Shown here piece by piece: positions 24,222 through 37,199 of a stretch of 64,000 nucleotides of DNA. Under the pieces are notes generated by a model. It saw only the letters and a list, made by a program, of their open reading frames with translations, was not told the origin of the DNA and ran no database searches. Within the stretch, counting starts at the first letter, position 1, and each line of letters starts with the position of its first letter. The DNA is taken from NCBI RefSeq assembly GCF_006345805.1, contig NC_042999.1, positions 11,408,001-11,472,000 of the forward strand. The letters are read 5' to 3'. The translations under genes were made by a program, and so were the position numbers. The DNA is from Octopus sinensis (taxonomy: Eukaryota).

Positions 24222-26884
24222 CTGAAAGAAAAAAAATGCAGAAAAATAAATAAAATCAAAAATCAAAAGACAATATTTTTTTATTAAATAAGTTGTTAAT
24301 TGTATAATATTTGAAACTTCTGTCTTTGTACAGGTTGGGGCAAGATGGTTGTCAGTTCATTCTTGTACCATTTTTGTCCAGTCTTGCATCTCTTAACGTA
24401 GAAGATTTCTCTTAGATTACAACATTGCAGTGAGTGGACAAGGCCCTCGCTTACCTGCTTTCCAGCAACTTTGGTGTGTTCCATGCAACAACACCACTGC
24501 CACCACTACTACTACCGCAGAGTCCTCTTATGGAGACAGGACAATTTTGTCCTATTAACACAGAGGCACAGTCCTTGATGATCTCTAAAATACAATTTTG
24601 TATATCGTTCTTTCCAGCAGTCAAAACCCTCAAAATTACAACAATGGTTAAGCTTCACAATCTTAGAGCATTTTTCCTGGTAACTCCAGATAAATAATGT
24701 AACTAAATCACCATCAATTCTCTGTGGGGCCTGAAAATACTTCAATTTTGCACAAGTGTTGATTTTTTCACAAAAATTAAAACTCCCGATGGAATACAGC
24801 TCCTGCAACCATGCAATCAAACCTACAAGACTGCATTTCAATGAAGGCCACCAAACTGCACCAGCACAAACTCCCTCACCAAGGTATTACGAGCTCTGGC
24901 CCACAAACATACTGTTTCCTATTTCACTACTATGAAAGCCTCTGATCCCATGAAAATAGTTCCTTGTAAACCACCTACACTCAACCCTACTAAAAACATT
25001 AGCCCCTTTTCCCCCCCCTTTCTCCTCTTGTCATCCTTATTGCATCTTATCCTCCCTCGCCCAGTACAAACTTTTAAACCCAATCCTTCTTTCACACACT
25101 TTCACCATTTCAATGAAATTTTCCCCCCACAGAAGTCTTTTCTGAATAAGTTATTTTTTCGCCTGTTCACATAATTAATTGTACACGCCTCAGTCTGCCT
25201 CGCTCACGGGAATTTTTCAGAATGTTACTCGAAATACAGTGACATCTTATACAGAAAAATCAACAACGAATGCTGAGAATGGCATCGATTATCGAGGAGA
25301 GGTCACCGTTATTGAATAATGCTGATTATCACCAAAGGTAAGGGAGACAACTCAAAATCAAAAGCGTAAAACAATTTCCTGCAATATTTTCTTCAGGGCT
25401 TCTCAGAGACTGTTGCATTTCATTTTTTTTTAAAATCTGGATTTCGGTAAGACGGAGTTCCAATAATGGAATTTAATAAAAATTTTTAAAGGAAAGAGAA
25501 TAGTATTCACTATTTCAAAATAAGTTGAATAATTTTTCCCCCACAAAAACTTTTATTTAATGTTTTATTAAAATTCGGGCTTTGGTGATGGGTGACCGCA
25601 AAATGTAGACGTGGGTTCCACAACAAAATAACTTTGGGAAACATTGCGCTAACTCATCAGGGTTACAATTAATTAATTTTAGGGTCTGATACTGTAGCAG
25701 ACACGGAGACCCCTGCAAATATGGTTTTTGTAGATATCGTCAGAGAAGCAGGGTAATAATGCACGAGTCTGTAAAAATAAACGGCAATGACGAAGCGTGG
25801 CTGTGTGGTGGGAAGTTTGCCTCCCAACCACATCGCTCTAGGTTCAATCCCACAGCGTAACACCTTGGGAAAGTGTCTTCTGTATATGAATAGTAGGAGC
25901 GATGGCTGACAAAAGCCTTGTGAATGGGCGAAAACTGAGCAGCCTGTCGCGCGCGAGTGTGTATCTGTGTCCTAGAACCACTTGACAACCAGCGTTGGTT
26001 TGTTTACGTCACTATAACTTAGCAATTCGACAAAAACACTGATAGTGCAAATACCACGCAGCTACTGCTGTCGATTTATTCGACCGAAACCTTTGCTGTG
26101 GTGCCCCAGTATGGCCGCAGTCCAGTAAATGAAACAAGTAAACGGTATAAGATAATACCTTTACATTCTACTTGTTTCAGTCATTGGACTGCGGCCCAGA
26201 AGGGTTAACAAAATTAATGCGGCGATCACAGACGATAGTTTTAATTAAGACTAAATCTAGAGACAGGACAAGGATTAACAAAATTAAGCAAAACGAAACG
26301 AGTTCAGAGCAAACGGAATGGTTTTTAGGAGTTGAGACTCAAAAGTGGTGACACTTCAGGGGACATTTCGGTGAAAGTGTGATGCTAAAAACCCCGTTTT
26401 CGGTGATATTAGAGTCTGTCAGTACAACAGCTGTGAAATTGGAGAAAGGTAGAACACGACCTTAATTTCCATTCAGCCCTTACGAAACATTTACATTATA
26501 TTATATGGTGGCTAATCAAGAAGTGATGCCAGAAGAATAGGCTAAAGAAAGATTTTAATGATTTTGAGTTGGACGAGAGAGAGAGGGGGGGACCAAGAAT
26601 GCTGAATATTTTGGGCTTCACTTTTAAACGATAATGATCGAGTTATCGCCCCTGAAATAGTCAAAGAAATGTTGCTCCAGCAAATAAACCATTCTTTCGT
26701 GTGTGTCTGCCAACGCAAACAGAAAAATTAGTAGAAACTGTCTACGGCCAACACAAATCTTCAATAAATCCCGGTACTTCTAATCGTCACTTTACAGATG
26801 CCGAATTTTCAATCTCTGTTGTCATTGCAGGAAAATGGATGAGTCTTTTATATATTTATATTTCATACTCTCTTTTTATCTGAG

Positions 26885-29800
26885 ATAGTCAGGTGGGAGA
26901 AGCACTTGATGGGGAGATTGTTGCACCCTTTTAGGGTTGTTCCATCCACCTTGATCCCCACTTGACTCCCAGCCCTCATCTATGGACCCTCGTAACTGTT
27001 TGCATGCAACAGTGGCCACACTCCGGGCAACAGCTTCGACAGACTAACCAAAGTAGGTGAGGGTAACTGACGGGTGTGGAACCCTCGGTGTGTAAATCAG
27101 GGATTGCTTACCCTTAGCATGTAGAGACTGGTGCCGACGGATGAGACCAAAAGTGGTCCAACAGCTACGAAGGCGGTTCCAGCAGGCGTTGTGAAGCGCT
27201 TGTAGTGACGTCATATTCCAGTGTGCGCACACGCAACGTCATTCTTCAGTGTGCGTGTGCGGAACGTCCTTCTTCAGTGTGCATGTGCGGAGTTGGAACC
27301 TTCTGGGAAGGCATAAGGAAGTTCCCTCATGCACATGCGCTAGAGACTGAAGAAGAAATTCTATTCACGTTCCTTAATAGCGTCGGGGACTTGAGACGTA
27401 TTTTTAAACGTGTGATCAGCCTATTCTCCTGTCCCAGAGGCTTAGGATTTAACCTCTTCTATTGCTGCTGAATTGTTGTAAGAAGCTTACGAACGTTTGA
27501 ATTCAGCCTTGCTGTGTTGAACTAGGTGGATACCAGTATACCATCGTGTTTCATTGTTGATTAAGAGAATAAAGAATTGTATATATTTTAAAACTTGCGT
27601 TTCGTTCCTGACTGGTAGTTTCTAGAAACAAAAAGAAAGGAAATTGTGTTGCACCCAAGTTGCACCCCAAAAGTGTAAAGAAGCAACCAGTTCCCTTTAC
27701 ACGTTCATGGCATAGGGATGTTCTGGTCATCCACTGAAGCAGGGAGGTCCCCAGACGTAACGGTTCTCCGTGCCACTGGATCAGGGTCTCTTCTGCCGAG
27801 AGAATGTGATTGTCCACGTGAATCAACTCTTCCACTTTAATCAACCTCTCGCACAGGGCTCTGTGTATCCTAGTCATACGGTGAAGAATAAATGGCGAAA
27901 GTGGCAGGTAGAGGTAGCGATTGGGAACCTGTACGTTGGCGGCCTGGGACTTTGGTGGTTGTTTTTCGAACTCGGGGCAGCGAAGGACTCCGGCGGCATC
28001 TCAGGCAACTGAGCAACCTTTTTAGGAATGCGCTGCTCACCCCAATAAGGGAGGGGCCTAGAAAAGGTGGCCTAAAGAAAGCTTGCTCGACACCGTCTGA
28101 CCAGTTTACTGCAGGTGTTAGACTTACCCATTTGCAGTCGATTCCAAATGAGAAACAAACTCGTCATTAGGACGTGGAACGTACGTACTCTTCAAGATCG
28201 TGACAAATTCTCAAGACCCCAGAAAAGGACAGCGAATTCTCAAGGTATAACATTGACATTGCCGCTTTGAGCGAATCAGATTGGTCGAAGAGGGATCGGT
28301 GACCGAATCTAACAGATACAATTTTTTCTGGAAAGGAAAGATCCAGAACGAAGACTGCATCCACTGGATTGGACACGCCATCGGGACCAAACTCCTCAAA
28401 CAGATCTCTGATCTCCCGACTGGCGTCAATGAAAGGCTGATGAGGATCCGCCTCCCCATGTGCAACAAGCGGTTCATTATTATCATCAGCGCCTACACCC
28501 CCACTATGACATCCACGGAGGAAGTCAAGGGGCAGTTCTACACACCACGCCCACCACCACTGACAAGCTTATTTTGCTGGATGATTTCAACACCAGAATT
28601 GGCAGTGACAGCAACGAGGGCCGAGGGGCGATCGGGAAGCACGGAGTGGGCAAAACGAACAGCAACGGGCTTGTCCTGCTCAGCAAGTGTGAAGAACATG
28701 AACTGCTCATCGCAGACACAGTCTTTAGGCAGGCTGATAAATACAAGAACACATGAGTGCAACCAGACAATGGCATCTCATAGACTACATCACCATCCGT
28801 CCGCGAGAGATCAGTGACGTCCTTACCACCAGAGCAATGCGCGGCGCAGACTGCTGGACGCACCATCGCCTTGTTCGAACCAAGCTCGGCATTCACATAG
28901 TCCGCCGCCACCTTAATATCATCAAGCAAGCCTTCGACATGGCAACAGTCAAGTCTACTCAATACTAGTGGGACTTCCAGAACAGCCTTGATGAAAGACT
29001 CGATGCAGCAGGCCTGCTTACTGGAAGACCAGAGGAGCAATGGAACCAGTTCAAAGAAGCGGTCACTGAGACAGTCAAAGCAGTCCTTGGCCCCAAGAGG
29101 AGGCATCATCAAGACTGATTTGACGAAAACAATGAAGTCATCCAAGCCCTGCTGAAAGTGAAGTGAGTCACTATATCAACTGACAGAACCACCTCGTCTA
29201 TGTCTCACGACGTGATAGGTTCAAGGAATGCAAGGCGCGAACTCCGCACCAGGCCAGATGCTTGGTGGGAAAAGAAAACTGACAGTGCAAGATCCTCGGC
29301 CGCATCCTCCTCAACAGATTCATCGCCAACATTTCCGGGAGCAACCTTTCCGAGGCCCAATGTGGTTCTATACCGACACAAAGAACTCCAATCAGCTGTT
29401 TAACGCCATCAAAGCCATCAACGGGTCTGGACCTCCCATCTAGCGAAGAAGAGGTACAGACTGCCATCAAACAAACAAATGACCTGCGGCAAAGCACCAG
29501 GAAGGAATGGAATACCTGCTGGACTGTTCCAGTCACTTGGATCCACAGCCTTCAGCACCTTCCAGGACATCCTCTTGCCTACCTGGGACCAAGAAGAGAT
29601 CCAAACAGATCTGCGAGACACCACCATAGTCGCTCTATACAAAATCAAAGGAGCCAGGACAAACTGCGGCATCTACATAGGGATCTCCCCCCCCCCTCTC
29701 CATAGCAGGCAAGATCCTCGCCCGCATCCTCCTCAACAGACTCATCGCCAATATCTCCGGGAGTAACCTGTCCGAGGCCCAGTGTGGTTTCCGCTCTGGA

Positions 29801-30385
29801 CGCAACACCATAAAATATAGTTTTTGCTGAGCGACAAGTTCAGGAGAAGTGCATTGAGGAGCAGATGGTCCTGTGTTCGTTGACCTGACCAAAGCGTTTG
29901 ACAGTCAACCGGGAAGCCTTATGGATCATCCTCAGCAAGCTGGGTTGCCGACCCTGATCAAATTCTTGCACAACATGAAAGGACAGGTCCTTTCTAACGG
30001 GGACCACACGAACTCCTTATACAGCTCAAATGGGGTCAAACGGCTCTGTCCTCGCCCCAGTGTTCAACTTGTTCTTTAACCTGGGCGTGTACATCAAGTA
30101 TCGAACCGATGGCCGCTCTGCTAAAGCGAAGACCAAGGAAAGACTCATCTTCGAAGCCCTCTTCGCGGACGCCTGTGCCCTCATGGCTCACAAGGAAAAC
30201 CACATCCAGACCATCGTCAATCGCTTCGCCAAGGCATCCAAACTTTTCGATGGAGGTCCTGCTCCAGGCAGCCCCGAATACAAGAAAACCTAAGCCAGCC
30301 ATCACCATTGAAGGGGTCGAGCTGTGTCGAAAGCTTCAGGTGTCCAGGCAGCACTGTCTCTGCAGATGGTTCACTGGATAAAGAT
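26885..30385 (+). mobile_element. BovB/RTE-like LINE, decayed (APE endonuclease + RT), in CPT2 intron 1
   Basis: TWNVRTL, IDIAALSE, SAYTPT, DDFNTRIG, WHLIDYI, GKAPG, QCGFR, FVDLTKAFD, LFADAC motifs across frameshifts; end points approximate. Confidence 0.88.
27201..27701 (+). mobile_element. Solo LTR (probably Gypsy-type) inserted in the 5' region of the RTE
   Basis: Starts TGTA, ends TACA; 4-bp TSD cgct/cgtt; AATAAA near 27568; internal 28-bp triple repeat. Confidence 0.7.
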
Positions 30386-32198
30386 ATCACATGCGTTCCC
30401 ACCGTTGACTGCTGAGACCACAGACCACGCGTTCATCGGAGATCGATGGACTACCAAGGCAGTAATAGGTGCGAGTCAATCACGCTATATCGCCCTACAC
30501 ATTCCAGAAACGTAACGAGTTAGGTTTAAAACTCCTAATTTGCACTCTCTGTCGTAGAATCTGGAGAATGGGGTGAGTGGATATAAGCGTTGATTAATTG
30601 GCGTGCTGTGATTGAATCGTTCATTCATTGGACTTTGAACAAAGTCAGCTGAAGGAAGGGAGATAACCAATTCAAGAGAAGATAATTCACATAAACCTCA
30701 CCCTTGCCGTGTTGTGCTCATGGCCTTCTTCACACGTACCATGCAATTGGTTTGGGTGTTGCACTCTTACGCAAGGTCGTGGTTTCGGCTCAGCTGTCGA
30801 TGAGTAACACTGCAACGGACCATTGTTCTGTTCGCGGGGAACATTGTGATTTCAATCACTAATACACCATAAAAACCGGGTCCTAGGACTCGAGGCGTGA
30901 CAAGTGACTCTGGACTCGCCTCTGGTCAGTAGACGCGAGGCCCCTAACGACGGGATGGGTGGATTAGTGTGAAGAATACAAACCGCGTAATCCTATTAAA
31001 AAATTTCAGAAAACAAATATGTTTTCTTGACCCTCCCATTAATACAAAATACATTCATACATACAGTGTAACACAATAAATAACATGACCCAGTTAATGG
31101 TAACCTCGTCAAACAAATGTTAAAAACTGGAACATTTATTTTTGTTATCAATAACACAACAAAGGTCTGTGATAAACCACTTCATCTTATCGCCCGAATA
31201 TAAAACTATAACTACACTTTTATGTCGATGTTTTGCATGGAGGTGGAGGCGACGGTGGCTTCGAGGTTTTCGCCTTTTATTTTTCGTTAAACTGTCCGAC
31301 AAAAGTCATTGACACTCCGTACAAAAAGTAAAATGATAATAATGCCATAGACAGATGTCAACATCCACAAAAATTCCCAAGTTGTGCTCTGTTCTACGCC
31401 TACAAAATATGCGATAAAACTATTAATTCGGTTTAATTAATCTTTAGCAATCGCTAATGTTAAATGATGATTTATTTGTAAATTGCGTGAAGACTGTAGC
31501 AGTTCGTTTCTATGAGATTGCTTCCGTTATGTTGTTGGTTATGGACAAGTTCAACAAGTTTACCCAAATTTATTTAGCACAGGATTTTGTCAGTGAACAG
31601 GTCGCGGTCTCAAAGCGACGAAAATATTTTGGCAAATTAAATTTAAATGTTGAAGTGAATGAATCTAACGGTTTTAGATGGCTTATAAACAACATCCACG
31701 TTGCAATTGTTTTGCTTCAGGAACACGATCTGAGATCAGGTCACTTGCTATGCAAGTACATCTCCGTAATTTATCATTATTACGTCTATGAAAACAACGT
31801 GACGTTAGAAGCTAATTACAAATATTTAGTCCGTTCATTTTCCCAAATTAAGGTGTTTAATTAAGACCTAATTAGCCTACAATGCTATGTGTCAGTAAAC
31901 ACGGACTTCGATGTATGTCTAACATCGATATGTTGATTAATATCGAAATTAAAAGGTAATTTACAGGTAATGTTTTGAAAAGAATTAATAAGTTCTCTGA
32001 TTTAAAATTTTAATTTCCGTAATTTTTTTTTTATATAATAATATAAAGTTATCTCGATTGTCTGAGAACGAATCGCGATTTTGAGGAGGAATAAAGTAAA
32101 AAAAGGATTTTTAAAGACAACTGTTTCGTTAATAAACAATAATAACAACAGTGATTATTGCGTGGTTCAATGAAAAGCAATGATTAATTAAGACTCAC

Positions 32199-32249
32199 CT
32201 GTTTAACAGAGGAAAATAAAGGCAAAGAGTTACGAAACATCCGAGACAT
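32199..32249 (-). CDS. CPT2: CPT2 exon 1 (mitochondrial transit peptide, [17 protein letters not shown])
   Basis: ATG at 32249-32247, Arg/Ser-rich peptide with no acidic residues, perfect donor CAG|GTGAGT, phase 0 matching exon 2. Assigned from composition and phase, not homology. Confidence 0.7.
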
Positions 32250-32708
32250 GATCAAAAGGTATTTCCAGCTGGAAAAGTCACTAATTACATAAAAGAAAAA
32301 CAATCGAAGCTAATTTCTTTCCTGATTCTCTCACAAATAAATAAATTCAACCGATTTTTGGGGGGAGAAACACTAATTCCGATTCTTCATGATTCTTGCC
32401 ATAAACACAAACTTGATTGAATTTTCTCAATTCTTCCTCTCTTCGCTTAATCTTTTCGCACACTTTCCCCTTTCTCTCTCTCACTCACTCCGACTTATTC
32501 TTTCTCTTTGTCCCTCTCTCTCTCTCTCTGTCAGCTTCTCCTTGTCTCTGCCTAACGCCTATCTCTCACTTTCTTTCTCTCTCCCCCTTCCTGCACCTCT
32601 CTCTTTGTGTACTTATCTCCCAGTTCTATTTCTCTCCCTCTCCTCCTTGTTTTCATCTCTCTCTCTTTCTCTCTCTCTCCTCACAATCAACAATTATTTT
32701 ATCAAACT

Positions 32709-32922
32709 CTTTTACTTGTTTCAGTCATTTGACAGTGGCCATGCTGGAGCACCGAATTTAGTCCAGTAAATCGACCCCAGGACTTATTCTTTGTAAGCCT
32801 AGTACTTATTCTATCGGTCTTTTTTGCCGAACCGCTAGATTACGGTGCCGTAAACACATCAGCATTGGTTGTCAAGCGATGTTCGGGGACAAACACAGAC
32901 ACAGAAACATATACACACATAC

Positions 32923-32967
<45 letters not shown>

Positions 32968-33130
32968 ATGGGCTTCTTTCAGTTTCCGTCTACCAAATCC
33001 ACTCGTACGGCTTTGGTCGGACCGTGGCTATAGTAGAAGACACTTGCCCAATGTGCCACGCAGTGGGACTGAACCCGAAACCATGTGGTTCGTAAGCAAG
33101 CTACTTACCACACAGCCACTCCTACGCCTA
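32709..33130 (-). mobile_element. Same CORE-like SINE, full copy upstream of CPT2 exon 1
   Basis: Reverse complement of 5647-6035 with CpGs retained. Confidence 0.85.
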
Positions 33131-33169
33131 TAGCAATACTTTTTACGTGGCGCCTTGGTTTTAGGATTT

Positions 33170-34600
33170 CAGTTCTGTTGTGGTGGGCAGCTTTGACAAC
33201 TAAGAGTGTGAAAGTGATTCTGAAAATCATGGACGCTGCACAGTTTTTTTTGTTTGTTTCTTAATTCTAGAAGCATGTTGTTGAGTGTTTGACACATTGA
33301 ATTGAAAAAGGTGACCAAAGATGCTGTTGGAATGGTAAGTCCTGGGGTCAATTTGTTCGACTAAAGATGGTGCTCCAGCATGGCCACAGTCAAATGACTG
33401 AAACAAGTAAAAGAGTAGATTTCGTGGGCTCCTGTCATGATGGTTGGTAGACATGGAAGCTTTAGAGTGTCGATGACCAGAGCAGCAAGACAGTCAAAGA
33501 TATGGTCAAAGACTGGCAGGAAATATTGGTTGCACATCTCTGGACAGCTTCCAGCTGATCGAGATGTAAACTATAAGTGTGGATGTAGCAAAGCCAAGCC
33601 ATAGAAAGCTTTAAATAAACAACTGCAAGTGAGTGAATGACAAAAGTCTTATTGAGTGATGCTAAGATCTCTTCGACCTTTTTCACTCTTTTAGATATGT
33701 GGTTTATCCAAAACAGATCATTGTTGACAGTAATTCTGAAGTCATGTTCATCTGCAGACCACTTAAGATTGGTGCTGTGGATTGAGTTGGTAAATTCTGG
33801 GGTTTTCCTCCCAAAATACTTGCTGCCACAACAGCCAGCTTGAGTTGCCAGGCAGTCATCCATTGCTGCATTATGTCCAGGAGATTGCTGGGAAGATCTA
33901 TAGCGGACAAACCTGCTCTTTTACATCCTTTTCTACTCTAGGCACAAGGCTCAAAACTTTTGGGGAGGATTAGATTGAACCCAGTACATAACTGGTACTT
34001 AATTTATCAACCAAGAAAGGATGAAAGGCAAAGTCAACCTCGGCGGAATTTGAACTCAGAACATAACGGCAGACGAAATACCGCTAAGCATTTCGCCCAG
34101 CGTGCTAACGTTTCTGCCAGCTCGCTACCTTCTGCTCTTTTATATCAAGGTACAGCTCAAGGTCATCTGTGCATTTTACTCAGTAACAAGCTTCGAGTTG
34201 ACTTTATTTTGTTTATTTATTCAGCAAACAACAGGGATCCAACGACACACCGCTATGGGAATCCAGCTGTCATCTCGTCAAGTACTCTTAGGAGCTTGAC
34301 CACCTCTGTTTGCCTGAAAACGAAAGACTTCAACCTTTAATAAAGATTAATCCTGAAACCCATTGCAGAAAGTCAGTGTGTGGCACAGAGTAAAAGACTT
34401 TGGCAAGGTTGAGAAAGAGAGAATCTCTCATGAGCTGCCATTTGTGATTTGGCTGATGTCTTTGAATGCAACATAGATTGAATTGCAGATGTGCAAAAGG
34501 TTAGTATTGATGTCTTGGGATTTGTCAAATAAAAGTCAGTTTGGCTGCTGTGACCCAATGCTCCAGTCAGGGCAAGCACTTTGGAGTTGGATGATGGTAA
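33170..34600 (-). mobile_element. Decayed CR1/L2-type LINE pieces interrupted by SINEs
   Basis: QWMTAWQLKL and LDQLEAVQR motifs; 33170-33310 homologous to 6580-6760. Confidence 0.6.
33930..34128 (-). mobile_element. Second tRNA-derived SINE family (gcctttcatcctt body)
   Basis: Minus strand gagctggcagaaacg..gagttcaaattcc..actttgcctttcatcctt; related copies near 22310-22480, 42765-42960, 48095-48300. Confidence 0.75.
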
Positions 34601-37199
34601 TTTTTCTTTTTGCCTGGCAATGAACGTAGAAGGATTGAAGTCATCTAAAGGTTCGCAGTAGAGATGCTGATAACAGTTTCAGAATTTGTGGTAATCAGCA
34701 GATCTAAAGCATTGCTATGTCTTGTGGTGGTCGTGGTAGGAGTGGGGTGACAACTTGGACCCAGTTTCATTCCCCTTGTGGTAAGTGGAAGCTTTCCCAC
34801 TTATTTCTCTTCTTACCATTTCTTATCCCCTGGAATCACTTCATTTGCTATCATTCCTTCATTCTTTACACTGTCCTCTTCACCCACATTAATCTTCATC
34901 GCCTCCTACCACACTTCATCTCTCTCTCATCCTTCCTCTCTCTACTTTCATTACTATTCTGCAGCTCTTCAATCCTTCCTTTTACTGCACGGTCAGTCAT
35001 CACCTACTCTCCTCCACCGCCCCAATTCATGCATCATTGGTTATACTCCTTCCCTGTCTCTTATCCACCATTCACTGCACCTACTCCTCAACCTCATCCC
35101 ATTTCCACCCTTGTCATCTACTCTCCCCCACCCTCCCTACTTATTATGCCTTAACACCTGTTCTTTATAATCTTAACCCTCTCACCCATTTCTACCTCTA
35201 ATCACCTTTCACTGTCTCACACACTCATGCAAGCTCTACCCACCCACACTTCTTGTTCTCCTGTCCCCTCTCACTTCTACTCACTCTGAATCGTGAGGGT
35301 CCACCCTGACAATCACCACTACAGTAATTCCTTGACTATTGCAAGTGTTACATTTCAAAACCTCCCAAAGAAATAATTAAAATATAAAAAAATATAAATA
35401 TCTATCGACCACAGAAACCTGGATATACTGAGGAGTCCGCGATATAAATTTACATATATTAGCCAGAAAAATCCACGATGTACTGAGTGAGCAATAAGTG
35501 AACCGCAATATGGTGAGGGATGACTGCATTTCTTATCTCTTTCCACTTCCACCCAAGTCACTTGCATGAGTGTAGCTCATCTAGAATAGAAAACCTTTTG
35601 TGTTCAAGCCTATTGCTCTCACACTTTAACCATTCTTACTATTGCAAAAAGTCACCTCCCTCTCTATTGTAGTCACTCAATTGAAGGGGCCTTAGTCTTG
35701 CAAGCTGCATGGCAACCTCACTAGTGCTGGTGCCATGAAAATAGCACCCAGTGCATTTAATAAAGTAGCTGGAATTAGGAAGGTGATCCAGCTATAGAAA
35801 CCATGTCAAAACAGAATTTAAAACACAATGCAGTCTTCAGACCCCTCATTTCTTGTTAAATTGCCCATATTAGCATGGAACAAGGACGTTAGATGATGAT
35901 GCTGTTCATGACGATGATGATGATAACAACAATGGCAAGTAATGAAAACATAAGTGGCTCTTTTCCTGCTTGAAGCTCTGAGGTTGACGAAAAAACTGTG
36001 TATCTTGACAGTAGTTGGAGGAACAAAAAATGACCCCGAGTTGAAGTGTTGACATGCTTATATGAATGTCACAGCAAAATATCTGTTGTTGTCACTGGTT
36101 TCAGTTGTCATTAGGAATTACTAAAATGCTTGAGTAAACATAGATTATTAGACGACCTCCATGACAATCAAAGAGGTCTTTGTAAAACAAGTTGCAGCAG
36201 GTCATGCTACAAACACCAGAAACAACTTTGCAGAGAAAAAAACTGAGCCCAGGTTTCAGTGACTAATAATGAAGTTGAGGTCAGTATGTTTAACTTAGGG
36301 GTCAATAGGGGTGGACTTTGTAGTATAAACTGCCAACATTTAAAAAAGTTCAATTGTGTCTTTAATCTTAGTAGAACGGGGCAAATTAGAAGTTCCTGGC
36401 AGAATTCAGGGAGAAAGTTCAACAAAACTCCATGTTTTAAAATTTCAGAATAAAAAAAAAAATATTGTAAATTACCATTTATCTTCCTTATTAACCAAAT
36501 TCGCCGCCAATAAAATTATGGAGAACACATTTTTCAAGATAATTGAGCACTAAATATAATTTTCTATAACTCTAAACGAATATTAGGCTAGTGTGTATGT
36601 ATACACACACAGACACGCATGCACACACACACACAGAGGCAAGCACATAAATAGAAAACAAGGTGGAGAAAAATTGTGCTTGAATAGCAAAGGTAGAGTA
36701 ATGTACTTTTATTAAAGCGGCAAAATTTTCACAAAACTGTTGCTCAGTATACACACACATACACACATATATATCTATAGCTGTGTGTGTGTGGCAAAAA
36801 GAATACTAAGTTAACCTTGACACACAAGCATCAATGTTCACATATCTGTTTGTCCTACTCTCATTATTTCTCACTTTTAATACCCTTATTTCTTTCTGTC
36901 TACTCAGACTTAAGGAAAAAAGAGTAAAAGTGCGGAGAAAATACCACATTTGGCAGCATCTAAGACACGTCGTCCTCTCCAAAATGTCTCAAAGTATCAC
37001 CCCAGAGTCCCACATGCAAAATTCAACCTCCCATAAGTTTTAATGCACTAAAAACCATTCTTTATTTCCCCCCTGGATATGACCTGAAATTGGAATGTGT
37101 CTAGTATGTCCATGGGTCTTTTAAGCCATCATATGTATGTGTGTGTGTGTACTTTGATACTTTCATAGGTTTCGGCCAGTCTTGGCCGAGGCCATGTCT

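Larger units (their letters stand above)
1750..32249 (-). other. CPT2: CPT2 gene span (5' ten coding exons; 3' part lies left of the window)
   Basis: Ten exons splice in frame with matching phases into [61 protein letters not shown]...HTSYISAPWFDMYL...LEPEVFHLNPKKSDT...AYPLDMSQY...LHGDGSNR, colinear with vertebrate CPT2 as recalled. Confidence 0.95.

Noticed and set aside
27135-27170. Hammerhead-like GAUGA-GACCA(AAAG)UGGUC
   Set aside because: Lacks the CU of CUGANGA and the GAAA; it is part of the RTE 5' region.
31457-31864. 135-aa plus-strand ORF in CPT2 intron 1
   Set aside because: No recognisable motif, AT-rich composition and no convincing splice context; likely chance.
35420-35490. 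CUGAGGA-GUC possible hammerhead
   Set aside because: The matching GAC-GAAA half is absent or too degraded to support a call.
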